Source of the DNA: Thermodesulfobium acidiphilum
Lineage (GTDB): Bacteria > Thermodesulfobiota > Thermodesulfobiia > Thermodesulfobiales > Thermodesulfobiaceae
Assembly (NCBI RefSeq): GCF_003057965.1
Contig: NZ_CP020921.1
Location: forward strand, 546,916-610,915
Reading direction: 5' to 3'
Length of the DNA stretch: 64,000 nt
The notes beneath the pieces are model-generated. The model was given only the letters and a program-made list of their open reading frames with translations, searched no databases and was not told the DNA's origin. Position numbers and translations under genes: made by a program. Positions 38,258-48,055 of the stretch are shown here, one piece after another (position 1 is the stretch's first letter; each line of letters starts with the position of its first letter).

Positions 38258-39823
38258 ATGAAAAGATTTTTTACGGCCTTTTGCTTTCTCTTCGTTTCTG
38301 CTTATTTTGTTTCTTTTGCTTTTGCAGGACCATTCTCAGATGTACCAGCTAATTCTTGGGCATACAAGGCAGTGCAAGATTTAGCAGCAAAGGGATTGGT
38401 CATTGGTTATGGCGATGGAACTTTTAGAGGAGAGAGACTTGCCACTCGTTATGAGATGGCAATGGTAGTTGCAAGAATGCTTGATATGTATGAAAAGGGT
38501 CAAAACGCTCAGGATCAAAAGATAGAGCTTAACGCTAACGACATCGCAACGCTTATGAAGTTAGCCCAAGAGTTTAAGTCAGAACTCGCATCTTTAAACG
38601 TCAGAGTTGCAGCACTTGAGAAGAAAGCAGCTCTTGACACAGTAAACTTCACAGGGGATGCAAGGTTTAGGTTCGGGAGCGAGAAAAGAACGTTTTATCC
38701 GATGGCTACATCTGGAACAAACGTGTTTATTAATACAGAAGGTTCATCTAAAAATGGATTTATAGTAGGTGACACCTCTCCTGCAATGTTGGCTCAAGAT
38801 CCAAACCTTTCCCAGCAAAAGGACAATACGTTTATGCAGTATAGAATAAGGCTAAACGTATCAGCTCCTGTAGCAGACAACATATCCTTTAACGCAAGGC
38901 TTACAATGGAGAAGAACGCAGGAGTTAATTCAGACGGCTCTTCAAACAGCAATCCTTTGTATGCCTCTCTTACAGGTTACAATGATGACAACAACACGTT
39001 GTATGTAGAGAGATCTTACATCACCTGGACTCTTAACCCATATCCTGTAACCTTTGTACTTGGTAGACTTCCTACTATGGATTCAGGCGCTTATTACAAC
39101 AACCTGTTTATGGATACAGGCACAGAAGGCGCTATGGCAATATTTGATCTGAGCAACATATTTCCCTCTACATCTCTTTCAGCTGCATGGGTAAAGATGT
39201 TTGATGCCGGGCTTATAACATCAACAGGTGAAGCAAGCGGTTTAAAGGATAAGGATGCCTATATCTTGAACCTTAGCACAAAATTATTTAATACCTTTGG
39301 TTTAGAGGCAGACTATGGAAACGTAAACAAGTTTTCGTATATGGGAAGTGCACCAAATGGCGTATACGGAAAGTATGATTGGTGGGCAATAATAGGTAAC
39401 TGGACTATGTATAACGTAAATATGTGGGCAGGTTACAACGGCACATCTACAGATATGCCAGCACAGACCGCCACAGGTCCAAGCTTTACAAGTTTACATT
39501 CTGTAAATGGAGGAGCATTCAGAGTTGGAGCTACCATTCCTCTTCCAGTGGGCTCTCTTACAGGAGATTTCTGGTTTGGGAATAACAAGTGGTACAATCC
39601 ATTTAACCTAAATACAATGGTTACTACAGAGTATAAGGACTATTACAACGTCTACTATACCTTCCCCGTTGCAAATAATGCCACTCTTACTCTAAACTAC
39701 GATTATTGGAAGGGCAAAAAACCATACTCAACTGACTCTGTAAATAGTTACTACTATACCTTCAATCCAGATCAGATCGATAAAGACCAAAGATATTATA
39801 TTCAGTTAGACGTGAATTTCTAA
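38258..39823 (+). CDS. OmpM/SlpA-like SLH-domain outer-membrane beta-barrel protein
   Basis: Signal peptide, SLH domain (FSDVPANSWAY...GYGDGTFRG..TRYEMA), coiled coil, alternating beta-strand pattern and C-terminal YIQLDVNF. Confidence 0.85.
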   Translation: MKRFFTAFCFLFVSAYFVSFAFAGPFSDVPANSWAYKAVQDLAAKGLVIGYGDGTFRGERLATRYEMAMVVARMLDMYEKGQNAQDQKIELNANDIATLMKLAQEFKSELASLNVRVAALEKKAALDTVNFTGDARFRFGSEKRTFYPMATSGTNVFINTEGSSKNGFIVGDTSPAMLAQDPNLSQQKDNTFMQYRIRLNVSAPVADNISFNARLTMEKNAGVNSDGSSNSNPLYASLTGYNDDNNTLYVERSYITWTLNPYPVTFVLGRLPTMDSGAYYNNLFMDTGTEGAMAIFDLSNIFPSTSLSAAWVKMFDAGLITSTGEASGLKDKDAYILNLSTKLFNTFGLEADYGNVNKFSYMGSAPNGVYGKYDWWAIIGNWTMYNVNMWAGYNGTSTDMPAQTATGPSFTSLHSVNGGAFRVGATIPLPVGSLTGDFWFGNNKWYNPFNLNTMVTTEYKDYYNVYYTFPVANNATLTLNYDYWKGKKPYSTDSVNSYYYTFNPDQIDKDQRYYIQLDVNF

Positions 39824-39829
39824 GAAGAC

Positions 39830-39868
39830 AAATCCCTTCAGAACTATTTAAATGGTCTGAAGGGATTT
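39830..39868. terminator. Terminator hairpin between the convergent ompM-like and lgt genes
   Basis: AAATCCCTTCAGA...TCTGAAGGGATTT inverted repeat followed by TCTTT; the right arm lies inside the last codons of lgt. Confidence 0.7.
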
Positions 39869-40597
39869 TCTTTGTAGATAGCTCCTTAATATAACAGCAA
39901 ATGTAAATAATATTATGCTAAAAACCTGGGAATGAGTAAGACCAAAGAAGATTCTTGCTTCATCGCGCAAAAATTCTATTAAAAATCTTGATATAGAATA
40001 CATTATTAGATATTTTGTAGTCAGATCTCCTTTAAATTTTTCTTTCCCTCTTTGAAAGTAAAGATAAATAAAAAATAAAAAACTTACAAACGAGTCTATC
40101 AGCTGAGTAGGAATTCTTTCTCCAGGAACGTGGGCATCGGCAAATACAACTGAAATAGGAGTTTTTGCGACGATTCCATAGCAGCATCCATTAAGGAAAC
40201 ATCCAATTCTGCCTATTGCATATGCAAGTGGTAGAAAGGGAGATATTAAATCAGATAAAGTAAGTAAATCGATTTTGTAATATTTAGCCATAAAATAAAA
40301 GGCTAGTGCAAATCCGACTAAACCTCCATAAAAAACCAATCCGCCATCCCATAAATAAAAAACGCTAATCAAGTTATTCACGAAGTCCTGGTGATGTTCT
40401 ATAACGTAGTATATCCTTGCACCAATTAAAGAGCAAAATATACTGACAATACCAATATTTAGAATGTTATCAGGGTTGATATTCTTCTTTTTAGCGTCTC
40501 TTAAGATAAAGATTGTTGAAATAATAATTCCTAAAGCAACCATAAAGCCCCACGAATATACCTTTAATCCATCAAAGCTGAATAAAATTCTGTGCAT
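39848..40597 (-). CDS. lgt: Prolipoprotein diacylglyceryl transferase
   Basis: IGARIYYV, GGLVFYGG, IGRIGCFLNGCCYG and RFLIEFLR motifs. Confidence 0.95.
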   Translation of the reverse strand: MHRILFSFDGLKVYSWGFMVALGIIISTIFILRDAKKKNINPDNILNIGIVSIFCSLIGARIYYVIEHHQDFVNNLISVFYLWDGGLVFYGGLVGFALAFYFMAKYYKIDLLTLSDLISPFLPLAYAIGRIGCFLNGCCYGIVAKTPISVVFADAHVPGERIPTQLIDSFVSFLFFIYLYFQRGKEKFKGDLTTKYLIMYSISRFLIEFLRDEARIFFGLTHSQVFSIILFTFAVILRSYLQRKSLQTI

Positions 40598-40720
40598 ATT
40601 ACCTCCAATTTTCTTAATCTTTCATATTTTAAACTAAAATCTTAAAAAAGTTATTACAGTTTTCTAAATAATACAAAGAAATGAATCCTTATAAAAATAT
40701 AATTGATATTTATTCAATTA

Positions 40721-40775
40721 TTGACATTATGTGTATTTGAGTGTTGAATAGTGTTTATGAGTGGGATAAAGTGGG
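40721..40775 (+). promoter_or_regulatory. dcw promoter with MraZ-binding direct repeats
   Basis: TTGACA at 40721, then GTG-initiated boxes at an exact 10-bp period: 40731 GTGTA, 40741 GTGTT, 40751 GTGTT, 40761 GTGGG, 40771 GTGGG. Confidence 0.8.
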
Positions 40776-40785
40776 ATAAGAAATT

Positions 40786-41202
40786 ATGTTAGGTGGAGAA
40801 TATCTACATTCTTTAGACTCTAAGGGTAGAGTTACTATTCCCTTTAAGTTAAGAGATGAGATATCCTCAAAGATTATTCTCACAAGAGGCTTTGAAAGAT
40901 GTTTGTACCTTTATCCGGTAAGGTATTGGGAAGAATACGTAGAGTATTTGAAAGAAAAATCAAGATCAGATATAAAGCTTAGAGATGTAATTCGTTTTTT
41001 GTTTTCGGGCGCTTATGATGATGAGTTAGATCGCGCTGGGAGACTTTTGCTTCCTCAACAATTAAGAGAGTATAGCAATATACAAAAAGAAGTTGTAGTG
41101 ATTGGTGCAATGGATAGGGTTGAATTGTGGAATCCTGAGGAGTGGGAGAGCCAAAAAAAGAAGATTTCAAATTCTGTCAAAAGATTTATAGAAAATGAGT
41201 AA
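40786..41202 (+). CDS. mraZ: Transcriptional regulator MraZ
   Basis: Two DxxGR motifs (LDSKGRVTIP, LDRAGRLLLP) and RVELW. Confidence 0.97.
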   Translation: MLGGEYLHSLDSKGRVTIPFKLRDEISSKIILTRGFERCLYLYPVRYWEEYVEYLKEKSRSDIKLRDVIRFLFSGAYDDELDRAGRLLLPQQLREYSNIQKEVVVIGAMDRVELWNPEEWESQKKKISNSVKRFIENE

Positions 41203-42091
41203 CTATACAAAGAATATTCATATTCCAGTTCTTCTGAATGAAGTTTTAGAAAATTCTAAGTTAACTCCTGGAAAAGTAGTAATAGACGGTACAATTGGTG
41301 CTGGAGGACATAGCTTTAATTTTTTGAAAAAAATTCTTCCAGGCGGTTTTCTTTTAGGATTTGATAAGGATGTAGAGGCAGTAAAATTAGCAGATGAGAA
41401 ATTGTCTTTATCCTTTAATAGGAATTCCTTTGCTATTTTCAATGATAAATTTGAAAATTTTGCCAAATATTTAAACCTTTTGCCTTATGGTAGATTTGAT
41501 TTATTTTTTTTAGACCTCGGGCTTTCCACTATGCAAATTAAGGAGTCAAATAGGGGATTTAGTTTTATAGGGGATGAAAAATTAGATATGCGAATGGATC
41601 CCAGAGAAAAATTGACCGCTTCAGACTGGCTTAACAGTGCAAGCGAGGAAGAAATGGAAGAAGTTTTTAGAAAATATGGTGATGAGCCTAGAGCAAGAAA
41701 ATTGGCTAAGATGATATCTCTGAGAAGGCGCGAAAAATTGTTTGAAAGTACTATGGATCTTACCCAACTTGTAAAAAAAATCTATCCATATGGTAGAAGG
41801 CATCCTGCAACAAGAATTTTTCAGGCAATAAGAATTGTTGTAAACGATGAAATTGAACATCTTGAATCTACTTTGAGGGAAGCTACAAAATATATAAATT
41901 CTCTTGGAAGAATAATTGTTATTTCTTTTCATTCAGGAGAAGATAGAGTTGTTAAGTGGACATTTAAAAATTTAGAAAAGGAGGGAAAGGGAAAAGTAAT
42001 AACAAAAAAGCCTATTATAGCTTTGGAAAGTGAAGTTAAAGAAAATCCATTGGCTAGGAGTGCCAAAATGAGGGTATGGGAGGCAATATGA
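41195..42091 (+). CDS. rsmH: 16S rRNA m4C1402 methyltransferase
   Basis: HIPVLLNE, DGTIGAGGHS, LDMRMD, FQAIRIVVN and ISFHSGEDR motifs. Confidence 0.97.
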   Translation: MSNYTKNIHIPVLLNEVLENSKLTPGKVVIDGTIGAGGHSFNFLKKILPGGFLLGFDKDVEAVKLADEKLSLSFNRNSFAIFNDKFENFAKYLNLLPYGRFDLFFLDLGLSTMQIKESNRGFSFIGDEKLDMRMDPREKLTASDWLNSASEEEMEEVFRKYGDEPRARKLAKMISLRRREKLFESTMDLTQLVKKIYPYGRRHPATRIFQAIRIVVNDEIEHLESTLREATKYINSLGRIIVISFHSGEDRVVKWTFKNLEKEGKGKVITKKPIIALESEVKENPLARSAKMRVWEAI

Positions 42092-42438
42092 AAAGAGATT
42101 ATGATTTGAGCTTTTCTGAAATTGAAAGTATCAAAGGACTTAGAACTTTTGAATTAAAAAACATTCTTATAAATATTAAGAACAACATCTTAATAGTTTT
42201 GTTTTCTTTATTTATAATATTAATTCTGGTCTATGGTCTTTATTTAAGATCAGATATAATATCAATGTCTAATGAAGTTGATAGTATTAAGACTTCAATT
42301 CAACGATTAGAAACAATAAAGACGCAAAAAACTTTAGAGGAGGCAAATGTTTTTAATGCAAAAGTGATGCAATCGGTTGCTTTGAAAAGGGGAATGAGTT
42401 TACCATCAGAGATAGAGTATATCCAAATAAACCATTAG
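42076..42438 (+). CDS. ftsL: FtsL-like cell division protein
   Basis: Single TM plus coiled coil, located between rsmH and the PBP gene; assignment mainly by synteny. Confidence 0.65.
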   Translation: MGGNMKRDYDLSFSEIESIKGLRTFELKNILINIKNNILIVLFSLFIILILVYGLYLRSDIISMSNEVDSIKTSIQRLETIKTQKTLEEANVFNAKVMQSVALKRGMSLPSEIEYIQINH

Positions 42439-42491
42439 ATCAATCGCATAATGAATTTATAAATAAAAGAATTGCTTATATACAAAAAATC

Positions 42492-44105
42492 ATGATACTC
42501 TTGTTTTTTGTTGCTATATTTAAACAACTTTATTTTGTTACAATTGATAGACAAAAATTAATTTCTTATGCTCAAGAACAAAGAAATGAAACAGTGAAAG
42601 TATCAAACCCTAGAGGTGAAATTATTGACAGAGAAGGATTGATTTTAGCTTTTTCAATTCCTTCCTATTCGTTGTATATACAACCGTCACTTATAAAAAA
42701 TGATGAAATTAGAAACAAATTATATGATGAACTTTCAAAGATTAAGGGTATACCAATTGAAAACCTTAAAAAAATTTTCGATAAAAATGCACCTTTCACT
42801 TGGGTTTATAGAAAGATGCCATTTGACATTGAAAAGCAAGTTAGAGAAATTCTAACTAAATTTCCAGAACAGGGAATAGGTCTTATAAAGGAAGAAAAAA
42901 GGGTTTATCCATATAAAGACCTCGCTGAGCCTCTTTTAGGCTTTGTAGGGACTGATAATCAGGGATTGGAAGGTGTAGAAAAGTTTTATAATTCATATTT
43001 AAGTAGTATTTCGAAAGAAGAGAATTTGGAGTTTGATGCTAATGGAAGGATAGTGAATATAGATAAATTAGAAAATCTGGTGCAATCGTCTCCGGTAAAA
43101 TTGAAACTGACGATAGATTCTAAGTTGCAAGGTCTTACTGAAAGTCTCTTAGATGAATGTATAAAGGAGTATAAAGCAAAAAGAGGAACTGTAATTGTAG
43201 TTGATATTAAAACAGGGGCAATTCTAACTTTGGCTCAAAGTCCAAGGATAAATCCTGATAAGTTTTATGATTTTCCAGAAGAAGACTATAGAATTATTTC
43301 AAGGGATTTCCTATATGAGCCTGGTTCAATACTAAAACCTATAATATTTAATATATTGTTGGATAACAATATAATATCCAAAGACACAACAGTTAATATT
43401 GGAAAATATTTACAAGTTGCTAATAGAAGAATTTTTGATGCTGAGGATGGATTGGGTTTATCAGGTCCATCTACTATTAAAGATATTTTAAGATATTCTA
43501 GCAATATTGGTGCTGGTTCTTTAGCTTTGAAAGCTCCAAATAAAGAGTATTTTGAGTTATTAAAAAAATATTTTTGTGATGATGAAAAATATCTTTTTTC
43601 TGAAAACTTTCTTAAGGGGTATGTTCATCTACCTGATTATAAAGGTCCAGTTGAGCAGGCAACAACGGCATTTGGACAGGGTATTTCACTTTCCTTCTTG
43701 AACGTTGTTGCTTATTATTCTGCTATCGCAAATGGAGGAGAGATTGTTCCTTTAAAGATTATTGAGGATGATATTGGCAGACCTCAAAGGCTATTTGAAA
43801 AAAGTAATGCTGATTTTATAAGAAAGTGCCTGATAAGCGTTGTGCAGAATGGAACTGGCGTAAGTGCTCAGATAAATGGAGTAGAAGTTGCAGGAAAAAC
43901 TGGAACAGCTCAGAAACCATCAAAACTGGGTGGATATATTCCAGGAGAATATGTAGCTTCTTTTATAGGTTTTTTCCCTGCTAATAAACCTAAATATGTA
44001 ATTGGTGTATTGATTGATAACCCGGTGGGTATACACTGGGGTGGTTCTGTTGCAGCGCCGTTATTTAGGAAGATAGCTATCGCTACAATGTCAATGAACA
44101 AATGA
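42492..44105 (+). CDS. ftsI: Class B penicillin-binding protein (FtsI/PBP2b)
   Basis: RGEIIDR, RVYP, GLEGVE, EPGSILK (SxxK), SSN and KTGTAQ motifs. Confidence 0.9.
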   Translation: MILLFFVAIFKQLYFVTIDRQKLISYAQEQRNETVKVSNPRGEIIDREGLILAFSIPSYSLYIQPSLIKNDEIRNKLYDELSKIKGIPIENLKKIFDKNAPFTWVYRKMPFDIEKQVREILTKFPEQGIGLIKEEKRVYPYKDLAEPLLGFVGTDNQGLEGVEKFYNSYLSSISKEENLEFDANGRIVNIDKLENLVQSSPVKLKLTIDSKLQGLTESLLDECIKEYKAKRGTVIVVDIKTGAILTLAQSPRINPDKFYDFPEEDYRIISRDFLYEPGSILKPIIFNILLDNNIISKDTTVNIGKYLQVANRRIFDAEDGLGLSGPSTIKDILRYSSNIGAGSLALKAPNKEYFELLKKYFCDDEKYLFSENFLKGYVHLPDYKGPVEQATTAFGQGISLSFLNVVAYYSAIANGGEIVPLKIIEDDIGRPQRLFEKSNADFIRKCLISVVQNGTGVSAQINGVEVAGKTGTAQKPSKLGGYIPGEYVASFIGFFPANKPKYVIGVLIDNPVGIHWGGSVAAPLFRKIAIATMSMNK

Positions 44106-44140
44106 TTGTGAAGTACTAAAAATTATAAAACCTCTAGGGA

Positions 44141-45619
44141 GTGGTTTATTTGACTGTTAAAGAACTTTTTGATAAATCAAATATTATAATAGAAAACCTA
44201 AAAGAATACTCTTCTAAAGAATTCTTAGACAGTCAAGTAACTAGCATTAGTTATAATTCTAAAGAAATTAAAAGTGGATGTTTGTTTTTTGCAATCAAAG
44301 GCAGCAGAATTGACGGTCATGATTTTATTCAGGAAGCTTTTAAAAATAAAGCTATAGCTGCTGTTGTTGAAAAGGACGTAGGATATGCTAATATTATTCG
44401 AGTTAAGTCTACTCTTCAGGCTTTAAGAAAAATAGCTCTTGTATTTTATGATTATCCTTTTAAAAAACTTTTTTTAGGTTCAGTTACAGGAACAAACGGT
44501 AAAAGCACCGTTACATGGATTTTGTCTCATGCTGTAAATAAGTTATTGGGAAAATCTTTTGCTTTAGGTACATTGGGTTGGATGCACGCGGGAAAAATTA
44601 TTAAAAAGACCACCAATACCACACCAGAATCAAAGGATGTATGTGAATTTTTAGATCAGGCAGTTCAATTAGATATGAAATATGGTTTTTTGGAGGTATC
44701 TTCTCATGCACTAAAACTTGGTAGACTATATGGCATAAAATTTGATGCTGCACTGTTTACTAATCTTGCCAGGGATCACATGGATTTTCATCCATCTTTG
44801 GAAGATTATTTTGAGACTAAAAGTTCTTTGTTTACTTCTACTTATTTAAAGGAGAATGCATTTGTTGTAATTAATACGGATGATATTTATGGTATAAAGT
44901 TATATGAAAGTATAAAAGATTTTAGAAAGGTATCCTTTTCGTTGGAAAACGAAAAGGCAAACTTTTTTGGGAAATTTGAACCTGTTGATATGGGTATAAA
45001 TTTGTTAATTGAGGACCAGAAAATTTTTGCTCCTATTTATGGAAGATTTAACGCTTCAAATTTATTGGGAGCCTATGCTTTTTTGAGAATGATGGGGATT
45101 GAAAAGGATAAATTAAGATATGTTTTTACTGATTTAGTGGTACCTTATGGACGCCTGGAATGTGTACAAACAAAGCCCTTTAAAATATGGATAGATTATG
45201 CTCATACTCCTGATGGGCTTGAAAAAGTACTAATGTCTTTGAGAGATATGGTTAAAAGGAAAGTAATTTTAGTCTTTGGAGCAGGCGGTAATAGAGATAA
45301 AGGCAAAAGATCTATTATGGGCAAAATAGCTGCGCAGCTTTCGGATTATACAATAATTACTTCAGACAACCCTCGCTATGAAGATCCGATGACAATTATT
45401 AATGAAATAAAATCTGGTTTTTTGAGTATAAAAAATTCAAATTTTGAGATACTTTCTGATAGACGAGAAGCTATAAAAAGAGCTTTAGAAATAGCAAGAA
45501 ACGATGATGCAATAATAATTGCAGGGAAAGGCCATGAAGACTATCAAGAGATAAATGGTGTAAAATATCCTTTTTCAGATAAAGAAGTGGTTAAAGAGTT
45601 GATGCGAAGACAATTTTAA
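44141..45619 (+). CDS. murE: UDP-MurNAc-tripeptide synthetase (meso-DAP type)
   Basis: TGTNGKST, EVSSH, DYAHTPD, DNPR (DAP specificity) and AGKGHE motifs. Confidence 0.95.
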   Translation: MVYLTVKELFDKSNIIIENLKEYSSKEFLDSQVTSISYNSKEIKSGCLFFAIKGSRIDGHDFIQEAFKNKAIAAVVEKDVGYANIIRVKSTLQALRKIALVFYDYPFKKLFLGSVTGTNGKSTVTWILSHAVNKLLGKSFALGTLGWMHAGKIIKKTTNTTPESKDVCEFLDQAVQLDMKYGFLEVSSHALKLGRLYGIKFDAALFTNLARDHMDFHPSLEDYFETKSSLFTSTYLKENAFVVINTDDIYGIKLYESIKDFRKVSFSLENEKANFFGKFEPVDMGINLLIEDQKIFAPIYGRFNASNLLGAYAFLRMMGIEKDKLRYVFTDLVVPYGRLECVQTKPFKIWIDYAHTPDGLEKVLMSLRDMVKRKVILVFGAGGNRDKGKRSIMGKIAAQLSDYTIITSDNPRYEDPMTIINEIKSGFLSIKNSNFEILSDRREAIKRALEIARNDDAIIIAGKGHEDYQEINGVKYPFSDKEVVKELMRRQF

Positions 45620-45640
45620 GGAGGCTTAAATTTTAATAAA

Positions 45641-47074
45641 TTGAGTGCTGATAGGGATGTTAATAAATTGAATAGTATCCAAAATTTTGATCCTGGTGGT
45701 TCTATTTCGTTAAGCTTTATTACATCTTTAACTAATTGTGAAATTGAAAGAGTTGGCCCTATGGAATTTGAAAGAATTTCAATAGATTCAAGAGATATCA
45801 AAGGGAAAGAACTTTTTATTGCCATTAAAGGTAAAAATTTTGATGGACACAATTTTATTAGGAATGCCTTAGAACAAGGTGCTTTTGGGATAATTTCTGA
45901 ATTGAGTTTGGCAGGAATTGCCAGTTCTTTGGGGGATATAGTTTTTGAGAATGACTTTTCATTTATGAGAGTTCCAAATACCATTCTTGCAATGCATGAT
46001 ATTGCAAGAGGATTTAGACAAAGGATTGAAAGGGTTATAGGCATTACTGGAAGTGTAGGTAAAACAACTACCAAAGAAATTTTGAAAACGCTTCTCAAAA
46101 GATATCAGACAGTATCAACTTTTGGTAATTTCAATAATGAAATTGGTTTGCCATTAAGTCTTTTTAGAGCTAAAAAAAATGATAAGTTTGGAATTTTTGA
46201 AATGGCTATGCGCTCAAGAGGGGAAATTTCTCAGCTTTGTTCAATAGCCTTGCCTGATATTGGTATAATTACAAGAATTGCAGAATCTCATATTGGACTC
46301 CTTGGTTCGATGGAAAACATAGCAAGAGCAAAGGGAGAAATTTTAGATTTTGTAAATAGTGCTTTCTTAAATTTCAATTGCACATATAGCAGAAAAATTT
46401 TTGGCGAGATGCTTAAGAATAAGAGGGAAAAGCCTAAAGAGATTTTTTGGTTTGGAAAAGTATCAGATATTTACATTAAATCATATGAAATTTCCATATA
46501 TGGTTCAAGGCTTGAATTTTCCGGAAGGTTTGGGAATTTTGCTTTAAATGCACCAAATATTTTTTTGCCTCAATTTGAGCCGCTTTTGGCGTCAGTAGCA
46601 GTTGCAAGATTTTTAGGCCTTGACTGGAACGAAATAAATGATAATTTACAAAGTTATGTGCCTTTACAGGGCAGATTTTTAATTAAAAAACTAAGAGATC
46701 AAATTGTTATTGATGATTCTTATAATGCAACATGTACTTCTTTTATAAAGGGATTGGAGACAATTAAGAGTTTAAAATTTGGCAGCAGAAGAAAGATATT
46801 TATATTTGGAGATATACTTGAGGCTGGAGATGAGTCTAAGGATTTACACAGGAAGGTTATAAAAAAAATTGAGGAATTAGATCCATATTTGGTATATTTT
46901 GTTGGGACAGAGTTTGTAAAATCAATAGATCATAATTCTAAGATAAGGTTTAAAAATATGGATATTGACTGTGTTAAAGAGGATTTAGCTAAAATCTTAT
47001 CCAAAGACGAAATTGTTTATATTAAAGGTTCGAACTCTACAAAAACATGGAAAATTCTTGAGTTGTGGAATTAA
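45641..47074 (+). CDS. murF: UDP-MurNAc-tripeptide:D-Ala-D-Ala ligase
   Basis: ITGSVGKTTTKE, NFNNEIGLP and DDSYNA motifs; the exact start is uncertain. Confidence 0.93.
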   Translation: MSADRDVNKLNSIQNFDPGGSISLSFITSLTNCEIERVGPMEFERISIDSRDIKGKELFIAIKGKNFDGHNFIRNALEQGAFGIISELSLAGIASSLGDIVFENDFSFMRVPNTILAMHDIARGFRQRIERVIGITGSVGKTTTKEILKTLLKRYQTVSTFGNFNNEIGLPLSLFRAKKNDKFGIFEMAMRSRGEISQLCSIALPDIGIITRIAESHIGLLGSMENIARAKGEILDFVNSAFLNFNCTYSRKIFGEMLKNKREKPKEIFWFGKVSDIYIKSYEISIYGSRLEFSGRFGNFALNAPNIFLPQFEPLLASVAVARFLGLDWNEINDNLQSYVPLQGRFLIKKLRDQIVIDDSYNATCTSFIKGLETIKSLKFGSRRKIFIFGDILEAGDESKDLHRKVIKKIEELDPYLVYFVGTEFVKSIDHNSKIRFKNMDIDCVKEDLAKILSKDEIVYIKGSNSTKTWKILELWN

Positions 47075-47113
47075 ATATCAAGAGTTTATTTGCATTGGAG
47101 GTTAGCTTTATAA

Positions 47114-48055
47114 ATGATTGAGCTCTTTTTTAGCTTTTTAATAGGAATTTTTGCCTTTTCAATATGGGAGAGATATTTTGGGAGGTTTTTTGGGCAAAGA
47201 ATAAGGGAAGAAGGTCCTGAAACCCACAAGATAAAAAATGGAACGCCTACTGCATCAGGAATATTTTTTATTCTTATTATCGCTTTATTTTTGCCTTTCT
47301 TTGACTCAAGGATGTTTATAATTTTTCTTATTCTACTGCCCTTTTTTATAATTGGCTTTATAGATGACTTTCTTTCAATAAAAAAGGGCAAAAACGAAGG
47401 TCTAAAGCCTCGACAAAAGATGATCTTGATCGCACTGTTTTCTTTTATAGCGGTGTTTTTTCTGGCATTCGTACTTAATTCTCAGATTTTTACCAGACTT
47501 CAAATATCTCCTACAATACAATTTTATGTTCCTGGTATACTTTTGTGGCCCTTTTTAATTTTTGTGATAAGTGGTTCTACTAACGCAGTTAATTTAACAG
47601 ACGGTCTTGACGGTCTGGCTGCGTTGTGTTCTTTATCTATTCTTTTTGGTTATTTGTTTTTTTCATATCTAGATGGAGACGTACCATTAATGTTAATGCT
47701 TCTTTCCTTTATTGGGGTTTTGCTCTCTTTTTTGTGGTTTAACGTAAACCCAGCAAGAATATTTATGGGGGATGTTGGTTCAATTGGTATGGGTGCTCTT
47801 TTAGCAATACTTGCGATTTTTACAAATAGAATTGTTTTTTTCATTATTTCTGCAATGCCTTTTATAGTTGAAACTCTATCTGTGATTATTCAGGTAGCTT
47901 ATTATAAAAGAACAAAACAAAGGATATTCAAAATGAGTCCTCTTCATCATCATTTTGAACTATCTAATGTTAAGGAAACACACATATCTATGAGATTTTT
48001 TATTATTTCTTTGTTGTTTACACTTCTTGCTGTGAGTATACAGATATGTTGTTAA
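47114..48055 (+). CDS. mraY: Phospho-MurNAc-pentapeptide transferase
   Basis: GTPT, NAVNLTDGLDGL, FMGDVGS and PLHHHFE motifs. Confidence 0.97.
   Translation: MIELFFSFLIGIFAFSIWERYFGRFFGQRIREEGPETHKIKNGTPTASGIFFILIIALFLPFFDSRMFIIFLILLPFFIIGFIDDFLSIKKGKNEGLKPRQKMILIALFSFIAVFFLAFVLNSQIFTRLQISPTIQFYVPGILLWPFLIFVISGSTNAVNLTDGLDGLAALCSLSILFGYLFFSYLDGDVPLMLMLLSFIGVLLSFLWFNVNPARIFMGDVGSIGMGALLAILAIFTNRIVFFIISAMPFIVETLSVIIQVAYYKRTKQRIFKMSPLHHHFELSNVKETHISMRFFIISLLFTLLAVSIQICC

Noticed and set aside
42355-42494. Possible non-canonical N-terminal extension of ftsI
   Set aside because: The frame is open upstream of ATG 42492, but I found no convincing SD plus start-codon pair, so the called start was kept.
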